In this document: positions 56,834-60,954 of the stretch, in pieces
Numbering within the stretch: the stretch's first letter is position 1
How the letters are laid out: each line of letters begins with the position of its first letter
IMG/VR virus record: IMGVR_UViG_3300030708_003161
Span: 1 to 60,954 of that record
Source: a virus
Taxonomy: Duplodnaviria > Caudoviricetes
Length of the DNA stretch: 60,954 nt
Strand: one strand, 5' to 3'
The notes under the pieces: model-generated
Database searches by the model: none
Told to the model about the DNA's origin: nothing
The model's input: the letters and a program-made list of their open reading frames with translations, nothing else
Made by a program: the position numbers and the translations under genes

Positions 56834-57716
56834 AGTTTCGAATTGTTTTAGCTCTTGGAAATCTGTAAGCTCCAGCTGGAGTTCTTTCAAAGAATTCAAA
56901 TGTTAATACTTTACCAATGTATCTATTTCTAGCTTGCCACATTTCTCTTCTATTTTTAATAGATAATGTAGGCCAAGGTATTTCAACTTCTCTACCGTCT
57001 TCATCAACAGCTATCCACTTACCAAGACCTTTAGCAAACTTACCTCTACCTTCAACATAACCTGTAATAGTTGCTTCAGTATCCGACCAGTCTTTTATTT
57101 TCATTAGATTATTACTTCGTTTAGTTTCATAAGCAGTATTATATCTAAGTATTGAACCTTCATAACCTAAATTTTTAAACTCATTATGATAGTCTTTTAT
57201 TTCTGTATCTGAAGTAACTTCATATGTAGGAACTGTTTTAATTGAACGCCACTTGTAATATTCTTTATAACCTTTAATTCTATTACTTCTTGTAATAAAA
57301 GGAATAAGATTAAACCCATTTTTAGATATGGTTGGAATAAATTGGTCGTAGCAATGAAACTGTAAATACATTGCAGACCAAAATTTATCAGCTTGTGTTG
57401 GTTTTTGCTTTTTAACCATCGATATAATTTTATTAAAATCATTTTTAAATTTATGATTGTACAACTCGCCGTCAAGTATTCTATTAGGATAATCTTTAAA
57501 GAAAGATTGTAGTGTAGTTGTAATATGTTTACAATTTTTAAACGGTTTATGGTTTCTGCTAAACGCACCATCTTTAGTTATGTAGCATCTAACGCCATCT
57601 AATTTTGGTTGTATAAAGTTTTTAATATCGAGTCGCCTGTTCATAGGGTCAAACTCTTTAGCTAACATTACGTTAAAGTTTGTCATATTCTTTTTTAATT
57701 CTTTCATATATTTCAT
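56826..57716 (-). CDS. ATP-dependent DNA ligase
   Basis: QPKLDGVRC, LDGELY, YEGSILR, LMKIK, YRFP; true start may be MTNFNV. Confidence 0.92.
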   Translation of the reverse strand: MKYMKELKKNMTNFNVMLAKEFDPMNRRLDIKNFIQPKLDGVRCYITKDGAFSRNHKPFKNCKHITTTLQSFFKDYPNRILDGELYNHKFKNDFNKIISMVKKQKPTQADKFWSAMYLQFHCYDQFIPTISKNGFNLIPFITRSNRIKGYKEYYKWRSIKTVPTYEVTSDTEIKDYHNEFKNLGYEGSILRYNTAYETKRSNNLMKIKDWSDTEATITGYVEGRGKFAKGLGKWIAVDEDGREVEIPWPTLSIKNRREMWQARNRYIGKVLTFEFFERTPAGAYRFPRAKTIRNYE

Positions 57717-57966
57717 TTAATTCTATTACTAATTCATATTTTTCGTCGGCTAATAACTTAGCTCGTTTAGCTTCTAAATCTAATAGTTGAGCTTTCAACA
57801 TATCTTTTTTAGAAGGATGTTTTATATTTCCAAAACCATCAACTTCAGCTTCAAAAAATTCTTTAGGAGTCATGGGTTTAAAGTTTTCCTGTACTCTAGC
57901 ATCAAACTCTTCTAAAATTTTATCTGCTACTAATTGCGCTAATTTTTCTAAATCTTTAGGAGTCAT
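57673..57966 (-). CDS. Hypothetical protein with C-terminal UVR-like coil
   Basis: ...LADEKYELVIEL motif. Confidence 0.6.
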   Translation of the reverse strand: MTPKDLEKLAQLVADKILEEFDARVQENFKPMTPKEFFEAEVDGFGNIKHPSKKDMLKAQLLDLEAKRAKLLADEKYELVIELNEIYERIKKEYDKL

Positions 57967-58192
57967 GATTTACAATTATAGTGTACATATATTTTAACAA
58001 TTCTTTTTTTCTAGTTAAACATTCAACTTGTTTAGCTATTTCTTCTTTACTAGGCCCAAAGAATGAATCAGGAGTCATATTCTCCCAGTCTTTTATTTTT
58101 TCATCTAAAGGACCTTGCCTACTCATAATGTATATAAGTGCTTGGCCTTTCAAATCGTCGTGGTCAAGCTTTAAGTGTTTTTCTCTTAACAT
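57956..58192 (-). CDS. Hypothetical protein
   Basis: 78-aa ORF packed in the operon. Confidence 0.55.
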   Translation of the reverse strand: MLREKHLKLDHDDLKGQALIYIMSRQGPLDEKIKDWENMTPDSFFGPSKEEIAKQVECLTRKKELLKYMYTIIVNHDS

Positions 58193-58193
58193 A

Positions 58194-58526
58194 TTAATCT
58201 TCTTTTTGTTCTAGCCATTCAATTACTTCTTGCTCAGGCAAATAAGCTTCAGCATCTACATATATTCTTACCTCACTACCATAACCTAAATCGTGACATG
58301 TTTCTTCTATCCTTTCCATAATAGTATCAAATCTTGGTTCGTAATAATATACATCATTTTCCCAATCAATGTTTCTAGCATCATTTGTCATAACATATAA
58401 TGTATAATCATCAGCAGTATACCATTCAGATAATTCTAAATCAGGATTGTGTAAGTCATCACTGATTTTAACAATGCTATCATATTTATCGCTTAAGTAT
58501 TTTTCTAATTCATTTATATAATTCAT
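58194..58526 (-). CDS. Acidic hypothetical protein
   Basis: Start moved to MNYINELEK because the track start lies inside tRNA-Gly. Confidence 0.65.
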   Translation of the reverse strand: MNYINELEKYLSDKYDSIVKISDDLHNPDLELSEWYTADDYTLYVMTNDARNIDWENDVYYYEPRFDTIMERIEETCHDLGYGSEVRIYVDAEAYLPEQEVIEWLEQKED

Positions 58527-58546
58527 TCTATTTAATTTAAAGTTAG

Positions 58547-58619
58547 AGCGAAAAGTGGGAATCGAACCCACAACCTTTAGATTGGAAATCTAATGCTCTG
58601 CCAATTGAGCTATTTTCGC
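58547..58619 (-). tRNA. tRNA-Gly(TCC)
   Basis: GCGAAAA/TTTTCGC acceptor stem, U73, TTAGA-TT-TCC-AA-TCTAA anticodon arm, GTGGG-TTCGATT-CCCAC T arm; CCA not encoded. Confidence 0.95.
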
Positions 58620-58623
58620 ATAA

Positions 58624-58744
58624 GGAGGCGGATGAAACTAGGAATGATATGCAATACACTTCCGTAATGTCTCTCATGTCAACAAGACACACATGCACAA
58701 CTGTTTATATCATCTTTCTACCTTTCGGCTTCCTGACTACCTCC
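58624..58744 (-). ncRNA. Candidate structured ncRNA
   Basis: GGAGGT/GCCTCC closing stem, GCC-GAAA-GGT hairpin, GATGATAT/ATATCATT and TGTCT/AGACA helices; lies between two tRNAs. Confidence 0.55.
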
Positions 58745-58809
58745 AATAGCAGTTGTATGTTCCTGAATGAGATTTAACCATTTGAACAAGAAACTATCAA
58801 TCTGCTTTT

Positions 58810-58883
58810 GTGCGCGGGGTGGACTCGAACCACCGACCTCGAGTTTATGAGACTCGCGAGCTGACCATCTGCTCTACCGCGCA
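58810..58883 (-). tRNA. tRNA with CAT anticodon (Met, atypical initiator-like)
   Basis: TGCGCGG/CCGCGCA acceptor stem, GAGC/GCTC D stem, CGAGT-CT-CAT-AA-ACTCG anticodon arm, GGTGG-TTCGAGT-CCACC T arm. Confidence 0.92.
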
Positions 58884-58973
58884 ATATTATATCGTTTCCA
58901 ATATTCTATTTCAAACAATTCAATTTGTTCTTTTGACATTTTTAATAGAACATTTTTTTTATTTCTTCTTTTT

Positions 58974-59207
58974 TTAGTCAATATATTCTTCATCTGTATC
59001 TTTTAACCATTCTTTTTTAGAATCTAATTCCATAATTTTGATTGTCATATAGTCAATTACATTTTGAACTGAAAACTTTTTAGATTTCATAAGTTTAGGA
59101 TATACTTTTTCTATAGCATATTCAACTGAAAATGTATCAATATGTTTTTCAACATTATTTTTTAAATCTAATATATCTACATAATTTTTTAAGTCTATTT
59201 TATTCAT
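58974..59207 (-). CDS. Hypothetical early protein
   Basis: 77-aa ORF just downstream of the repeated promoter motif. Confidence 0.6.
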   Translation of the reverse strand: MNKIDLKNYVDILDLKNNVEKHIDTFSVEYAIEKVYPKLMKSKKFSVQNVIDYMTIKIMELDSKKEWLKDTDEEYID

Positions 59208-59224
59208 ATTTATTTAATTTTATT

Positions 59225-59257
59225 ATATTATCACATTTATTTTTAATTTGTAACGTA
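59225..59257 (-). promoter_or_regulatory. Putative phage early promoter, copy 1
   Basis: TACGTTACAAA-N12-GTGATAATAT; both boxes and spacing identical to copy 2. Confidence 0.7.
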
Positions 59258-59271
59258 TATGTATAGCAAAT

Positions 59272-59423
59272 TTATTTTCTTCGCCATGATTTATGTACTA
59301 AGTTACTTAACTCTTGCGACACGATTTGAATACTATTACCAGTTTTATGTTCTATTATAGGTACATAACTAATTCTATCCTTACTGGGTGTAGTACTGAA
59401 CCACATCTACAAAATTTATTCAT
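59272..59423 (-). pseudogene. Frameshifted small Zn-finger (DksA/TraR-like) gene
   Basis: MNKFCRCGSVLHPVRIEL in one frame, then YVPIIEHKTGNSIQIVSQE...RRK* in another; 152 nt in total. Confidence 0.5.
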
Positions 59424-59618
59424 ATTATTTTAAATTTAGTTTATAGTATATATTTTTTATGACCGGACCATAATTTTTATAGTCATCGCTATTAATTGCA
59501 TTTTGCAATATATCGGTCAACAATTCTTTTTCTACTTTATTAAACATTTTTTAATTTATTTATTTCATTTATATCTTCAACTTCTAATTCTTTGAACATA
59601 TTTATTATTTCTTTATTA

Positions 59619-59651
59619 ATATTATCACTTTCAATATTAGTTTGTAACGTA
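59619..59651 (-). promoter_or_regulatory. Putative phage early promoter, copy 2
   Basis: TACGTTACAAA-N12-GTGATAATAT. Confidence 0.7.
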
Positions 59652-59671
59652 TTTTTCATAATTATTTTATT

Positions 59672-59908
59672 TTAACCACAAATTTCTCTTGTTCCATCAT
59701 TATTCATATCATATCTATGCTGATTATCTAAATCAAACTTTATAAGTTCACCATTTGTTTCCATCCACTGACAATTTGTCATATTATGGCCTTTATCATC
59801 TAAAAATTGTTCAGCTAAAACCGAACTTGTAAACCATTCTATTAATTCATATTGAAAAACTTTACCTTTTTCTGAATCAAGCACTGTTATATATTTTTTA
59901 TCTTTCAT
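59672..59908 (-). CDS. Hypothetical early protein
   Basis: 78-aa ORF coupled to the upstream gene. Confidence 0.65.
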   Translation of the reverse strand: MKDKKYITVLDSEKGKVFQYELIEWFTSSVLAEQFLDDKGHNMTNCQWMETNGELIKFDLDNQHRYDMNNDGTREICG

Positions 59909-60324
59909 TATTTAAAATTTTTATTAAAATTATCTTTATTATATGCATCTATAAACAAATCTGAATCAAATTTTAATTTAGGCACTTGCTTTAGATGTCT
60001 TTTATTATATATTAATTTACCTTTATAATTATCAATAAGAATCGCAATGCAATCTTGTTGTAATATATCGCATAAATCTTTTACTTTATCTTTTATTTCT
60101 TTTATAGAAGCAACTATTGAAGTCAAACCTACAAAAGTTGGTTCATCATTTCCTAAATACTTACCTTTATCTACAAAATAAGCATCGTCATATATTTTAA
60201 ATCCAGCTTGTCTTAATAAAGTTGCAACACCGTTTTCAGTATACATATGGCCATTAAGACCAATGTTGAATTCAACTTGAGTTATTTTAACTCCGCTTCC
60301 AATACAATTTTCTATTTTACTCAT
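59908..60324 (-). CDS. Putative SAM lyase/hydrolase (anti-restriction)
   Basis: G.Y....EPTFV ... LCDILQQDCIA resembles phage SAMase motifs; located in the early region. Confidence 0.5.
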   Translation of the reverse strand: MSKIENCIGSGVKITQVEFNIGLNGHMYTENGVATLLRQAGFKIYDDAYFVDKGKYLGNDEPTFVGLTSIVASIKEIKDKVKDLCDILQQDCIAILIDNYKGKLIYNKRHLKQVPKLKFDSDLFIDAYNKDNFNKNFK

Positions 60325-60335
60325 TTTTATTTTAT

Positions 60336-60479
60336 TTAATTATTTTCTATATAATCAATTATGTCATCAGTTATTTCAATATCATATTTATTAAGTATGA
60401 TTTGACACATTTCAACTGTATTCAAATGTTCATAGTTTTGAATTACATAATCTATTATATTTACAATACTATCATTCAT
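60336..60479 (-). CDS. Small hypothetical protein
   Basis: Start moved to MNDSIV because the track GTG start lies within the tRNA-like element. Confidence 0.45.
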   Translation of the reverse strand: MNDSIVNIIDYVIQNYEHLNTVEMCQIILNKYDIEITDDIIDYIENN

Positions 60480-60493
60480 AATTTTTAATTTAG

Positions 60494-60558
60494 TGGACGT
60501 GGTGAGATTCGAACTCACGTTACAATTATAATATAATTGTGCTTAACCTTTCACGCCC
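60494..60558 (-). ncRNA. tRNA-like RNA resembling a minimal tmRNA tRNA-like domain (Ala identity)
   Basis: GGGCGTG/CACGTCC-A acceptor stem with G3.U70, stemless D loop AAAGGTTAAGC, hairpin ACAATTAT-ATT-ATAATTGT, AAC linker, GTGAG-TTCGAAT-CTCAC T arm. Confidence 0.7.
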
Positions 60559-60869
60559 TAAGTTCCTGAGTATGTCCAAGGATTATTTAAACAATACTCA
60601 TCTATTTCTTTTTCATCTTGATATATTTCATCTAGATTTTCAATTGTTTCATTTATTCTTTTAACACTGTAGTTAATATCATCTTTATCTTGAAGATATA
60701 TTTTTTCTACACCCATTGGAGTTTTAATGTAACAAACTTTTGTACCATCAAATTCTTTTTCTAATTCATATACGAATTTATCATTTAAATGTTTTTCATA
60801 TCCATTAAAAGAACCTGACATAAAGTCATTTATTATTAATCTATCAAAATCATTTCTTTTTACTATCAT
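60558..60869 (-). CDS. Hypothetical early protein
   Basis: 103-aa ORF; its TAG stop overlaps G1 of the tRNA-like RNA. Confidence 0.6.
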   Translation of the reverse strand: MIVKRNDFDRLIINDFMSGSFNGYEKHLNDKFVYELEKEFDGTKVCYIKTPMGVEKIYLQDKDDINYSVKRINETIENLDEIYQDEKEIDEYCLNNPWTYSGT

Positions 60870-60954
60870 ATTTTTATTTTATTTAATTCTTTATCAATTT
60901 TTTCCAGTTCATTTGAAAAGTATTTTTTAATCGATTTTGGTTGATGTTGTGTAT

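Noticed and set aside
58527-58571. N-terminal extension of ORF 58194-58571 (likewise the GTG start of 60336-60518)
   Set aside because: The upstream starts fall inside tRNA or tRNA-like T arms; downstream ATGs have typical A-rich contexts.
1-60954. CRISPR array, integrase/att site, IS element, inteins
   Set aside because: No regularly spaced repeats and no recombinase or transposase motifs; TerL, RNR and primase show no intein-like insertions or motifs.

Overview
The window is most of the genome of an AT-rich, apparently lytic tailed dsDNA phage, probably a marine podovirus of Flavobacteriales/Bacteroidota. The host call rests on Shine-Dalgarno-free, A-rich start contexts and Bacteroidota-type signal peptides. 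The + strand (1-44546) is the late/morphogenesis arm: small basic proteins, GroEL+GroES, tail fibres and a LamG adhesin, holin and M15 endolysin, TerS/TerL, portal, scaffold, major capsid protein, tail rings, a tail 'muzzle/stabilisation' protein apparently split over three genes, and ejection proteins including a 2394-aa polyvalent protein. The - strand (44588-60954) is the early/replication arm: class Ia RNR, endonuclease, MazG-like proteins, ThyA, primase-helicase, SSB, RecE-like exonuclease, ERF recombinase, sigma-70-like factor, ATP-dependent ligase, two tRNAs and a putative SAM lyase. No integrase, CRISPR array, reverse transcriptase or DNA polymerase is recognisable. The most unusual signals are: (1) long same-strand out-of-frame ORFs nested in essential genes, led by a 223-codon lipoprotein-like ORF inside terL; (2) a 65-nt RNA resembling a tmRNA tRNA-like domain with alanine identity (G3.U70, A73) but no message domain; (3) a structured ncRNA candidate between the tRNAs; (4) the split muzzle gene; (5) a repeated non-host-type early promoter together with a sigma-like segment in the giant virion protein. 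Family assignments come from motif recognition only; no database search was run.
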